64,000 nt of DNA. Origin: Podarcis gaigeae (taxonomy: Eukaryota). Numbering within the stretch: the stretch's first letter is position 1; each line of letters starts with the position of its first letter. The notes under the pieces are model-generated. The model worked only from the letters and a program-made list of their open reading frames with translations. It made no database searches and was not told the DNA's origin. A program made the translations under genes and the position numbers. The stretch lies in NCBI GenBank assembly GCA_964106915.2, contig OZ066929.1. The stretch is one strand, 5' to 3'. Below, one piece after another: positions 35,450-48,457 of this stretch.

Positions 35450-35686
35450 ATTGGAATGCCCTCCCCAAGGAGGCTCACCTAGCACCTTTGTTACATTTCT
35501 TTAGGTGCCAGGTGAAAGCATTCCTCTTCTCCCAGGCCTTTGGCTAATTCAACAATCTTTGGCCTTTTAAAAAGGGAGGGTAATTGTTTTTGCATTGTTA
35601 TTACGGTATTTATCATTGTGTTTTTATATTGTGAACTGCTCTGTGATCTTTGGATGAAGGGTGGTATAGAAATCTAATAAATAACA
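35450..35686 (+). mobile_element. L2 LINE 3' end
   Basis: tggaatgccctccccaaggaggctcacc...caggcctttgg...gtgaactgctctgtgatctttggatgaagggtggtatagaaatctaataaataa. Confidence 0.75.
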
Positions 35687-35701
35687 ATATTAGTTTAATG
35701 T

Positions 35702-36031
35702 GGGATGCTGGTGGCGCTGTGGGTTAAACCACAGAGCCTAGGACTTGCCAATCAGAAGGTCGGCAGTTCAAATCCCCACGACGGGGTGAGCTCCCATTAC
35801 TCAGTCCCTGCTCCTGCCAACCTAGCAGTTCAAAAGCACGTCAAAGTGCAAGTAGATAAATAGGTACCGCTCCGGCGGGAAGGTAAACGGCGTTTCCTGC
35901 CAGAAGTCATGCTGGTCACATGACCCAGAAGCTGTATGCCGGCTCCCTCGGCCAATAAAGCGAGATGAGCGCTGTAACCCCAGAGCTGGCCACGACTGGA
36001 CCTAATGGTCAGGAGTCCCTTTACCTTTACC
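35702..36031 (+). mobile_element. Sauria SINE (Squam1) with perfect 12-bp TSD
   Basis: gggatgctggtggcgctgtgggttaaacc...gcaagtagataaataggtaccgc...cctttacctttac tail. TSD ttagtttaatgt at 35690-35701 and 36032-36043. Confidence 0.93.
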
Positions 36032-39026
36032 TTAGTTTAATGTAAAACAGATTTCCTTGTTGCGTAGGGTGCCAGGTCTTCCTTTGCAGTTGCCATTTGG
36101 GAATTACTTGAGCACGCCCAGTGTCTTCACTCTGCATGCTCCTAATAGAGATGGACATAATTTATTGAGGGCCTGTCATTGCAGAGACATGGAACTGGTA
36201 TCTGCCTGCCTGAACATTTTTCAGGATAGCAGCCACTGTTATCAGACATAGCTGCTACCGTGTTGGAAGTCCCCAGTCATGTGCAGTTGGGGCACAGTGC
36301 ATGCACCAAAGGAGTTAGAAGCATGGACGTGAAACATTCCTGCACACGGTCCTGCTGTCCTGTTTCTCTGTATTCTACATGTGTGGGAAGGAAGTCTTCA
36401 AAATTCCAAAGTCAGCCTTCTCAAATCCTCAGTTTTCGGCAAATGTTGAAGGAAGAGATGACAAAGCATATTAGACAAATACACATCTTGGATGTCTGTT
36501 TGGCCTAAGAGAGTCTGCATGTTGTATTTTCATATTCAGCAGTTGAGTTGCAGACTGGAGAGCCCACTATAAATTGATAAAATCCCACTGGAATTAGCTT
36601 GATTCTGTTTGCCTCTACTTTTCTAATTATCATACTATTAGGAATTTTGGCTCAACGAGTAGACATTTTAACTGAAACCTTTTGACTATCACTGAAGTGT
36701 TAAAGCTCTATATGTCTGCCGCTTCAGGCCCATAGTAGCAGCTAAAGCTACCTTCTGCTAATAAACAATTATTAGTGATGGGTTTATAATTGAGCATTAG
36801 TCCTGACTCACTTGCTACTGAAATAAATGATGAAGTCTGGAGAATTGGCTAATCCGCCCCCATCCCATTGCCCACTCTTATGTCAGCAACATTTCAGTCA
36901 CAGAAGCCACAAGCTAGATTGGATTTGAGGGTGGAGAGTAACAGCCTAAATGAACCAAGGGTCTCAGTTGTACTCAAGACTCATTAGGATTGACAGCACC
37001 AGCATAGATGAACCATTATGAAGCACCTTGTATCCACTTGCCACAATTTCTAGCACTGTGTAAACAAAAATATATTTAAGACTTACCGAGGTCCTATTGG
37101 TTGTGTGGTTCCATTGAGACCACCATTAATGACAGAAGCATCTGAAAACTTGTAAAGAAAACATTATGGTAATGGGCAAAGAATTCCAGAAGAAGAGTTT
37201 TACAAAAGTAAAAGCTGGGTCAAAACAAAACAAAACAAAACAATGAATTAGATGTTCACTTGTTGCTGCCCAAAGAGGAAAATGTAGCTTTTGTTTTAAG
37301 GAAACAGAGGCATGAATGTTGCATGGGTATCCCTAACCTTTAAAATAAATAAAACTAATATTTTGAGGTCATTGCACTTGAAGTCACCTCAGGTTGCATA
37401 AGTTAATTTCACTAAATAATTTCAGTGAAATTACTAATATGTACACTTGAACACTATTCGGCCCATTAGATAGCTGATACTCATTAGAAAGATAGTTGGA
37501 AAATATTTTGGAAAGTGGACTATTAATGATGCAAGAACACACACATACATGCACACATTTTAGAGGTATACAAGACCCACAAATCACGTCAACGTTAGCC
37601 TTAATATAGCCCAAAGTAAACTGGGGAACAGATCAGATATTTAGCCAGAAATGCCTTGTGCATTGAAAATGGTCAGCATATTGACTGCAAGCACCCCATA
37701 ACTTCCAAGCTGGAGATGAGAAAGTTGTTGAACAAATAAATTACTAGGCATGTCAGGCAAATTGATATGCTTTCTGCCTTAAAGTAATAATAAAAGATCC
37801 TGGTTCGTTTGGCGTCCCTTCTTTGTCAAGGTTGCCCTTCCCCCATTGAAGCTTCTTTGTGGTTTCCTTCCAAGCTTGCATTGCCAGCGTGTGTATGAAG
37901 TTGACCAGATATTTCTTGTGTGTTGGCCATTTTGTTCTGAACAATGTCCAAATGAAAGTGAGCATGTCTGTGGATGGTGAGAAATGCATGATGGGCATGA
38001 TGGGTAACCTGTCAAACCAGATGGATTGCCTCCAAAAATAAAAATAAAAATTTCAAATTAAAACACTAGTGGAAGGCCAAATACCCAAAGTCTCATTTGA
38101 GGACACAGGCTGTTTTTCAACATGAGGGAGGTGCTTGATCACTCCATGAATTTTTTGGAGTGTATCCGAAAGGACAGGAGGTGGGGGAAGGAGTTTGTCT
38201 GCATGCAAAACTATAGCAACCTCCGGCCATCTCTCTTCTCATAATACAGGACTTAACAGCAGCTATGCATGGGCAAGTTTGAAGCACGAGCATTTAACTC
38301 TTCCAACTGCATATAAAGCTGAGATCTTTAACTTGCGGGTTTCCAGGTGTGCTTCCCCCCTCCCCCCACTCTTCTGCATTCATTGTCAGAATTCTAATAA
38401 CAGCATGCTGTTCATGGCTGATGCTGGGGCTCTGGCTTTGGCTGCACTTCAGTGCCTTTCTTCAAGAATCCTATTTCCCTTTTAACTTTCACCTTGCAGT
38501 GCAGATGCCTTTTGGAAAGTTTCTGTTCTCTAAATCAGTAGAACAAAGCAGGACAGCTGCCCGTGCTGGAGAGGTGGACCAAATGATTCCTACAAGCCAA
38601 CCCCTTGCTATTTTTGGAGATTTGATTTTTTTTTTATCCTTTCTATCCTAAAAAAAAGTCATTCCAAGAATTTGTCCTACAAAGCTTGACTTGAGAGTAC
38701 ACCTACCCTATTTTGGCTAATGACGCTAACAATGCCCTTTATTCCCCAGTGAACCACTTACCAGAGAAAGGAAGAGCAGAAGAGTGTCGTTTTTAAATCA
38801 GATATGCATTTCAATAATGCAGTTCAGACAGAGTTAGGATGTTAAATGCTGCTCTCAAATATTTCCGAGTGCGATGCTAATTCCCCAGGACAAGTGCTTC
38901 TGAACAACTTCACAATAAGTTCTCTAGTGGGTTGTAACCCCCCCCCCCCCAGTTATGGCGAAAATACAGTGCCATATTACACTTCCTCCTTTTTTTTATA
39001 ATGAAGTGAATGTGTATTTACTAGCA

Positions 39027-39155
39027 CAGGGATAACCAGCATAGTGCCCTGCAGAAGTTGGACCCCAGCTTCCTTCAGCCCCAGCCAGCATAGCCAGTGG
39101 TCAGGGGTGATACAAGCTGTATTCCAACAGTACCTGGAGTGCGCCACTGGCTATG
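39027..39155. mobile_element. Palindromic hAT-like MITE (degenerate)
   Basis: ttcagccccagccagcatagccagtggtcaggggtgat...cctggagtgcgcc. Confidence 0.55.
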
Positions 39156-41276
39156 TTGACCCCAATGCAAACATCTCCAGCAGAACACTTTGAACCCTCA
39201 GTTTCCTCCTCCTTCCTGGTTCATCAGAAACAGAAACCATATGGCAGTTGTTAAATGTATGCATTGCATTGAAGTTCAGACATTGTGCAGCTTTGCAATG
39301 CACACACATGTGCTGTTACAAAAAAAGAGAGAGAGAGAGAATTATAGTGGCCTTCAGGTTATAGATGCAGTTGACCAGCTGTAGGGACATCTCAAATGGA
39401 GCATCTTTTCAACAGCAATTCAGTCTGGAGATTGGGTTTCAGCAGTCATATCATTTAAACTGGGAGCAACATATCCCAAGGGAGATATGGGCAACCCATG
39501 TCATTTTCAAAGTTGATAAAGCTATGAGCACAGGACATGAGTGGGATGCAGGATCCACGTGGTGAGTTAGACTGTACACCCACACAAACACAACCTAAAG
39601 TAGCGCTGTGTGGCTCCTCTGAAGTAAGCATGCTATTCAACCATTCAAATGGAACAGAAAGCTATGTAGAACAGCCTGCCCACATCTGAAGACATGCTAA
39701 TATATATATAACTGTTATCACTGAAATAGAAGAGAGAGAAAAACCACAGCAGTATCCAAGGGGAACAGCATCGGCATTCACTAAAGAGCCTGAAAACTAT
39801 TATTTTTTTGGAAGCAGCAATTATTCCTTTGTCTTAGCCCAGAAGTCTGTGCTGTCTTTGCCTTCTTCTCACGTGGTCCAGGATTGGCCCAATAAGAAAA
39901 TATTCACCAAGCAAAAACCTTGGCTAGCTACGTTTGAAATCACAAGTGTGACAGCAGTAGAATAAGAAATAAATAACTGGCAATTTAAGATGGCAGGATG
40001 ATGGGTGTAATTTTTCTGCAGCATTTTTTTTATATATAAAAAAATTAAACATCTGTATGCTACTTTTCAGCCTGCAGTATGACTCACAACAACAAATGAC
40101 AAAAATGACAAATGATAAAACAAAAAAATACTACTGAAAGAGTCATCAGATTAAAGAGAGGCAGCAGCAGCAGCAGCAAAACATTAAGCAGCAATATCAT
40201 GTGAAGAAATTCTGGGGCTGAACCAGCTTTTGGCACCCTGGTGGATGACCTATATCAAGAGTGGGACAGGCAGAGTACGACTGCTTCTGCTTCTTGATCT
40301 CAGCAAATTTTGATACCATTGACTATGGTATTCTCAGGGACCGACTCGGGCTCTGTGGGATGGGTCTTATGGGCACTGTTATATAGTGGTTCAGTTCCTA
40401 CCTCCAGGGTCATGTGTAGAGATTAGGACTGGGAGATTGTTTTGGCCCCATGGTCTTTGTGTTGTGGTGTACAGCTGGGTACAATTTTGTCCTCAGTGCT
40501 GTATTTAACTTCTGTATGAAGACACTGGATGCAGACGTTCAGGGATGGAGGGCAAGTTGTCGTGAGTACGCTCAGTGCTTTTTTTCTGACTGTACTCACA
40601 TAGTACTGGCACCTCTCCCCCCCCCCCCAAAAAAAAACTTGGCTTCTAAAGTGCACATGTGAACACGGCACAGGGTCTTATTTTGCAAGTCTTAAAGATT
40701 GTGTAGATTCATCTGGGAGAGCAATTACTCATCCTCTGAGAGACACAAAACCCCTGCAAATTTTACTAGAAATACCCTTGCATACAAAAATTAGCAGTAA
40801 AAAAACCATATTTCAAGCACAATAATAAAAGAGAGGGGTGTGAAATTAAACAACCTAGTGCCTCCAAGCAATACATTCCATTGCCAAAGACCAAGACAAA
40901 CCGGCTTCTAAATGACATAGTATGGTTCAATATGCATTGCAAAACAGAGGGGAAATGAATTTGTTTATTGTTGTTTCTCCAGTTTGTAGACAGCCCTTCA
41001 TCATGTCAATGTGATCTCAAGGCAGTTTCCAACAATGCACAAAATATAATACATAAAAGAAAACAGTTGTTAAAAACAACCCAATTAATAAAAAGAAGCA
41101 GGGAAGCAACAGCCTGGTGACAATGTAATCAAAGAGAGGTTACTAATTTACTCCCAATTCCTTGGAGAATAGGATTGTTTTAAGGCAAATGCTCTAAAAA
41201 AATAAACTTGTAAAATGATTTTATATTTGCATCTTACTTACATTGCTCCTTTTTTGGGTTAGGCACTGAGTAGGGG

Positions 41277-41622
41277 TGGCGCTGTGGATTAAACCACAGA
41301 GCCTAGGACTTGCCGATCAGAAGGTTGGCGCTTCGAAACCCCATGACGGGGTGAGCTCCCATTGCTCAGTCCCTGCTCCTGCCAACCTAGCAGTTCGAAA
41401 GCACATCAAAGTGCAAGTAGATAAATAAGTACCGCTCCGGCGGGAAGGTAAACGGTGTTTCCACACGCTGCTCTGGTTCACCAGAAGAGGCTTAGTCATG
41501 CTGGCCACATGATTCGGAAGCTGTACGCCGGCTCCCTCGGCCAATGGAGTGAGATGAGCGCTGCAACCCCAGAGTTAGTCACGACTGGACCTAATGGTTA
41601 GGGGTCCCTTTACCTTTACCTT
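41277..41622 (+). mobile_element. Sauria SINE (Squam1), second copy
   Basis: Same family as 35702-36031, (ACCTTT)n tail, short tagggg duplication at 41271-41276 and 41623-41628. Confidence 0.93.
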
Positions 41623-44550
41623 TAGGGGATCTTATCAGCCATAATGTAGACTGAACTCGCTATATAATTAGGGGAAATATTATGCAGGACTCCTCTAACC
41701 AGCATCTGACAGGGTGGAGGGTATCTGAGTGAAACTTGCTATGTATAATTACTGCCCAAGCAGTAATTATACATATATTGAAATATAAATTAAAACAGTT
41801 TTACTCGTGAGCTTAGACTATATAACCATGCATCTTATTTGAGCCCCTCGGTTATAAAATGTGGCAGTAGAATATCCATCTGCCTTCAGAGAAAATGTGT
41901 CCACTGTCCTACCCTGTAATCCTTCTGGAACCCTCTTGAGTAACGCAAGAAATGTGTTGTGAAAGACCTGACTAATCAAGGCTTCTCTGTACAAGGGAAC
42001 AGAATTTGTCTTAGGTAAATGCCCTCCTTTCCTTAATATTCATATTGTAAATAAAGTAGGGGTCTTGCTACTCACAGCATTTATAGCAAATTTTAATGGA
42101 CATAAACAACTGTGGATCAGTGTCTGATTATTGTTTACAATTCCATTTGGTCAACACTTAGATAATAGCAAGGATTTCCAAAATGCCCCTCTGTCGATTT
42201 CATTTTATTCAGATTTATATCCTGCCTTTTGACAGTATTCTTCCAAATGACACTGCTATCCAGACATGATTCAGCACCTTAGACTCCCCTCTGGACTAAG
42301 TTTGCAGTGCATAACTGTTCTCCAGACCTATCCATGAGGCGGCCTTTTGAGTAGTATTTCTAAGCTTATTTTATTTATTTATTTATTAAAATGTGTTTCC
42401 TGCTCTGGAAATCAATTTAGGAAGCAGTGTGCAGTTGTGTTGTGCAAATACAAGTCTAGGAAAGGAAAGCAGAGTGCCCATTAGACACAAGTACGTATTT
42501 AGACAGTTGCTGTACTTATGCAACATATTCCAGCTTCTTTAATTCCAAGTGACTGAACAATTGCATGCAGTCAGAAAGTTAACTCTCATTTTTCACACAC
42601 ACGCACACGCACACACAGAGAGAGAGAATTTGCAGGAAAATGGGAATGCTTCCTAATCAAAAATGAAGAATCAAATATTTTAAAAGCCAAATGGGAAGTA
42701 TAATGAGAAGAAACCAAGACATAATTGTTCTCATGTTTCTTGACTACTAAGAATGCCATTCGGTGACATTTTTAAGTCTACCGGGATTCTGATATAAATG
42801 GACTAGTTGAACTGATCAGTTTCCTTTGTGGAGGGGGCGGGGGAAATAAAAGACCATTTGCTTCATAAAAAATTCAGCATTGCCCTTTTTACTTTTCAGA
42901 AAACAAGGTTTTCTTTAAGTGAAAGAGAAGAAAATCCTCTGAAAAGAAACAGATTGGAGGAGATAAAAATAGCTTTCTAAATGATGCTTTTGAGGAGTCA
43001 GCTTGCATTCTTGTACTACAAGTGTGACCTTAGGGCCCAGAGATGCAGTCTTCTGAATTCCAGTAGTGGCTTCAAAGGCATGTTTGTTGTCACTAATCAG
43101 TAATATTTCTTCCTTCAGCATATAATTTTATCAGTAGTGTCCACTTGACTTGGTGATTATCAGCCAGCTGCAGTCTCTACACACAAATGCACAATCTAGT
43201 TACTATCCAGACCCAATTATTTGGTTGGGTGCGGGGCGGGTTAGAAGCACCTAATTCACATCAGATTGCTGCCGACACACTGCATTAGTGCAAATATTTT
43301 CTCAAGCCAAACTCCCCCCAACCTGGACGAAAACAGTGTCAACCTGTGAACACTGACACACCTCGACTCCACAATGGGCGCAATTCACTGCGTCAGCTTG
43401 ATTGGAAAGAAGTGTTGCAAACATGCATTCAATGGCACACTTGTGTTGTTAGCAAAATCCCATTTCTTTCACTGAGCTTGCACCCGAGACATTTCCAGTG
43501 GACCATGTCCGTTGACCTTTATATTTGGATATTTATAATTGTCTCCCTATGCATCTCTAATGTGGGACTTTCCAGGGTTATGGCTGCCTTCGTGAATACA
43601 TCTCAACATAATTCTATTCTAGTCAAGCTAAAGCAAACGTTTATGCAAATATACTAACCAAATACACTAATATACCAATTTTGGGTCCCCTTTATCTTTG
43701 TGCAGTGAGCTAAGCCTCCTTAGGGAAGTTCACAGCCTCGAGCTGCGATGTCTCCCTAAGAGATCGCAGTTATTCATTCCCACCTAAAAACTGCAAAGAG
43801 ATGAAATTGCAAAGGTATCCCCACAAGCCCCAGAGCTGCAATGTGTGACAGTTTCATTAATGTGGCCGGCAGAAGGCATAGCTTAGTCAGGGCCACTCGT
43901 AGCTCAGGCATACAGGTAAATGTGTGCCTGAACACTTTTCACCTTACAGCTAGACAAGGAAAACCTACCGTGATTTACAATAAATATACCTCCCGGAATT
44001 TTGCATTCTGGGTGGGGAGGGGGCGGGACCAAAACAAAACTTACTCAGAAAAGGCAGTTTAGTACACGCCTTTCTTTTACTTGCAAATGACATTCTCCAT
44101 CAAAGTTTGCAAAGCCAGCAGCTCTTCCTTTGCTATGAGAGTGTGCACAGTTTAGCTATTAACAGAAGCACCTGCAAGCTATTGTTTACAAGCTAAAGCA
44201 GCTGACACAATTGATAGTGGCCCCTTCACAGTAAAATGTCAGTGTGTTTTCTCCAGCATCACAGAAGCTGCTTTCCCAACTACCCACAGAGCCTTAACTA
44301 TTTCAGATTAGCATTCAGACTTCTGTTCAATCTTAGCAGGGCAATTCAGCAACTGCAGCCCAGATATTTATTTATTTATTTATTTATTTATTTTGGGGGG
44401 GGGGAGGTACCAGCTCAAATCTGGGCAAGTAGTAGCTTGGCACTCTGCATCTTAAAAATTAATTTTTTGACTGTGCTGTGTTGTATAACGTGGTTTTGGA
44501 AGCCGGTTTTACATTGGCAATCAGTCATTGGGTAGCAAGTATTCTTTAGA

Positions 44551-44659
44551 ACATACTTTGCCAAACTGGTGCCTTCCAATCGTTTTGGACTATGACTGAC
44601 TGGGGCTGATGGAAGTTGTAGTCCGAAAAACCTGGAGGGCACTAGGCTGGCAAAAGCTG
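44551..44659. mobile_element. Palindromic hAT-like MITE (internally deleted)
   Basis: tttgccaaactggtgccttcca ... ctggagggcactaggctggcaaa. Confidence 0.65.
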
Positions 44660-45375
44660 TTTTAGAGCCAAGTTAGGCATTACACAGAGGAAAAAGTGTT
44701 TTCCTTCACGTTTTTTTTAAAAAAACCACAATTATCCTTTGCAGCCTGTCAGCCTAAGCAGTGTAAGGGGAGCATGCAACTACTACCCTCTGGCCATTTC
44801 CCAATTCAAAAACAGCCTCTCTAAATCTATGTTTCATGCACTCCTTCCTCATGGTAGGAAAGAAATTGGGGGGCTGCCGTTGGAAGGAGACATCAAGTAG
44901 GAATAGGGTCAAGCAGTCTCTTCCCACGTTGTTGCTGCTGCTGCTGCTGTTCTCTCTCCATTGCAGTTTTTTGGTATAAAAAACACACCATCAGTATCAA
45001 AAGACAATGGAAGACAATGGGACTTCATGTGACACCCAGCTTTTCTCTTAATTAAACAGGCTTCCATCAAATGCCATCTCCTTGCAGCCTTTGGCTGAGA
45101 AGCACCCAAACTTTCCCGCAAATGAATCATTTTTTAAAAAATAAAATAAAATTGAAAAGTGGCAGCTGTAAAAACCAAACGTCATGTTTTGCCAACAGAT
45201 TTCGCCAAGAAGAAAGATCCAGGCAGGGGTTTCTGCCTCACTGCATTGTCAACTTTGAGATGGCTTTCCATAAAACAGATCACGCCAGAATATTTTAAAA
45301 TGAAAATGCAACAACTCTCAATCTCCATGTGCTGCTGCTGTAGTTTTGAAAAGAGCACTTCAAGATAGTCCTGAA

Positions 45376-45559
45376 TCTGACTCCCCAACCTGGTGCCCTT
45401 CAGATTTTGAATTTTAATTTTGGACTGCAACTCCCAATGGCTCCAGCCAGTATGACCATTTAGGTGATAATGGGATTGATGGGAGCACAGCCATGCTGGT
45501 TGAGCCTGATGAGAGCTGTTATCTAAAATATTTGGAGGGCACCAGTCTAGGGCAGGCTG
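45376..45559. mobile_element. Palindromic hAT-like MITE
   Basis: ccccaacctggtgcccttcaga...ggactgcaactcccaa...tttggagggcaccagtctagggc. Confidence 0.65.
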
Positions 45560-46056
45560 TTGTACATTGACAATAGACTGTCTTAGCCAGCATTGCCAAA
45601 ATGTGCACCGAAAGCTGGAAAAATGTTTGCATTTTAAGTGTGTGTATAATCAAAGCAAGAACTGTAAACGAAAGTGATACAGAAAATTTAACAATTAATG
45701 TTTAGTGGGGGAGGGACTTGTTTTTGCATGCAGTTATGAATGAGTGGTTTCTGAATGTTTTGTTCATGTTTCATGTGTTTTCAATGGTGCAGACCTAGAC
45801 ATCTTTCTGACAATCTATTGGTTGTTTGGTTTAAAAGAGGCAAAAACAAAACAAAAAACAACCACCCCAAAATATATTAACTGATTGGAGAGCCTCGTTT
45901 GCAAGCTAATCTGAGCAAAAAGCTTTTGTCAGATGCGGAGGGATTGACTTCTTTCGTTATTCTTTTCCCTGAGAAATTCATCCTCTGTTCTTAAGTGTTT
46001 TGTTTTCTCATCCCTTGAGGAACACAAAGAAAAATGAGTTTGTTTTTACTTGTAAG

Positions 46057-46110
46057 GCTTTACTCAGTTGCCAAATTCCGCCGAAGAGCTGGACTATGGG
46101 GATCTCTCAG
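46057..46110 (+). CDS. CADM1: CADM1 alternative exon 10 (54 nt)
   Basis: Acceptor tttttacttgtaAG|GC, donor TCAG|GTaagg, phase 1-1. (G)FTQLPNSAEELDYGDLS versus recalled mammalian GLTQLPNSAEELDSEDLS. Confidence 0.92.
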
Positions 46111-47547
46111 GTAAGGGCTAGTTCTTAGGTTAAGCCAATGTGGTTGTTCAGTCTGTGGGTTTGTTTGCTTTCCACCTTGTTTGCATCCTGGCTGCTTTAA
46201 AACAAAACGAAACAAAAATCCATTGTGCAATTGCTGTGCGGCAGAATCTCAGCTAATCAGATGCAGGGGCCCATTATTCAGAATGGCTGCTCCTCTCCTC
46301 TCCCCTCTTGCCGTTGGGCTTTTCCTCCTCCCAATCGCTTGATAAGGACAAGAATTTACCAACGTGTATAGCAGCACTCGAGAGGGGGGCGGAGGTGATG
46401 GGAGCATAGAGCGCCGCGAGTTATATTACAGGTTGTCTAGTAGCTGCTGTGAGCTCAGTTGCTGGAAATAATTTTTTTGAATCCTAATTAGAGAACGGTT
46501 CGGTTGAAATTTTGTTGCATTTGTAAAACACTTAAGGATGCCAGGTTTGTGTGGGGAAAGGGGTGAGGGGTGTGTGTCTCCAATACAACCTTGCTTGGAG
46601 TCTGGGTTGCCTGTTCTGTCATGTGCTGCTGTTAAATGGATGTGGCAGGATTCTCTTAAGTGCAGAGAGAAGAGGGAAATTATTTCATTGCATACCAGAC
46701 TCTAAATGAATTATATGCCAACCTTACTTATTTTTTTCACAGCAGATTGAATATCTTTGCCAGGAAAAGCTGTAGTCCTTCCTATTTTACTATCCTATGT
46801 TGTATCCTGTCCCTCCCCACGCCCCATTAGACTCAAGGCAGTATACATGGGGGTTATCCTATTCTTACCTTCTCAACAGCCCTTTGAGTTTGACTGGTGC
46901 TTTGTCCAAGAGCCCACAGCTGAGTGGAGATTTGCTCTCCACATTCCCACAGTGGAGATCTAATGGAGATTTAACTAATCCAAGTTAAGACTCGGCCCTT
47001 TTTTCCATTTGAGGAGTTAGTGTAGTGTTTGTTTGGATATGCCATCTTCTACAGGGAGTATACAGGGCTGGTGTTTATATGGCCTATATTTTATAATGGA
47101 TAAAATGTGTTTCCATTTTGACATAAGAGATGTATACTGTACTAAGACGGAAATTACACTGTTGACTGGAGACAAGGAGAGGAGTTTGTGCTATTAAAAA
47201 AAATCCATAGCTGTGTATTCCACTGATACTCACAGCATGAAATGAATCCTGTGTTGGCAGATCTCCTTTTTGTTTTTTAAGATAATCTTTAAAAATACCT
47301 ATAGAACCAAAAGGGGGGGAAGGGATTGAAAGAACTGATATTACTAATAAAAACTCATAAGTGGCAGAAATTAAAAAAATCAACAGTTACAACATAAATT
47401 ATAAAGGTGAATAATATAAGAAATGTTAGCTTTTACATGTGTAGGAACCAATTATTAGATGTTTTGATTGTTTTATCACACGTGTGTTTTCCATCCTGGT
47501 CTCCTTTGAGAGAATGGGCAGGATATAAATGCAATAGCAATAGCAGC

Positions 47548-47590
<43 letters not shown>
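47548..47590. repeat. (AGT)n microsatellite after an L2-like tail
   Basis: ~14 AGT units preceded by gagagaatgggcaggatataaat; source of the poly-Ser and poly-Tyr ORFs. Confidence 0.9.
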
Positions 47591-48201
47591 ATTGAAAGAA
47601 GCATCTAGTTGGCTGTATAAAATGAGAACAGAACCAATAATTGCATTCGAATGAAAATACAAAACTGTATTTTACCTTGACATCTTTTGTTCAAATTATA
47701 TCAACAGAGACCATTTTTTTATCAAATCTTGCAGCAGCAAATAAATTAAATAACAGTTCTAAAGCAGCAGTTTCAAGCCATCCTCTTAAATATCCCTAAA
47801 GAATTATCTTTGGATTTAGCAAGGTGCTATAAACTGCATTTTATTTCATTCTGTCTAGAACTGTGCTCTGAAATTTTAGTTGGTACAGGCAGAAACAAAA
47901 CATATGCATAAAATCTGCCTTAACAGAGCTCTCAACAATTGTTAACACTGGACAGGTTTTAAATAATCTCTGTGGTTCTCTGATAAGGTATCTTGAAATA
48001 ATTTTCTTTCATGTCGCCTCTTACCAATCTGATAATGACACTGTTCCAAAAGGTTCAATCTTTCCCCCATTATTTATTGTTGTTTTTATTGTTGCTGTCT
48101 TTTGTATACAACCTTTGTGGGGGGGGGATACCACAGCTGTTCACATATTACAACCCTCAAATACAGCAATAACAGCAGATGAAACTCCCTCAAAGCTGAA
48201 A

Positions 48202-48457
48202 TAGGCTTGCCATACGTCCGGAAAATTACTGACATGTCCTGGTTTTTGAGTGTAAAAATGGCATCGGGGGAATTTTGCTGAACTGGCTGTGCTGTATGTC
48301 AATGTGATAGGAAAAGCAATGGAAACAGCTCAAAACGTTTAAAATCAGTATTTTTGGGTTAGGTTTCCCCAAGAAACTAAACAATCTGGGTTTGTTCCCC
48401 CCCAAAAGAGCTTAATTTTGGAGTCGGGATTTTGCTTTTTGAAATATGGCAACCCTA
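48202..48457. mobile_element. hAT (Blackjack-like) non-autonomous element
   Basis: TIRs taggcttgccata / tatggcaacccta, flanks gctgaaa(t) / gttgaaat. Confidence 0.75.
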
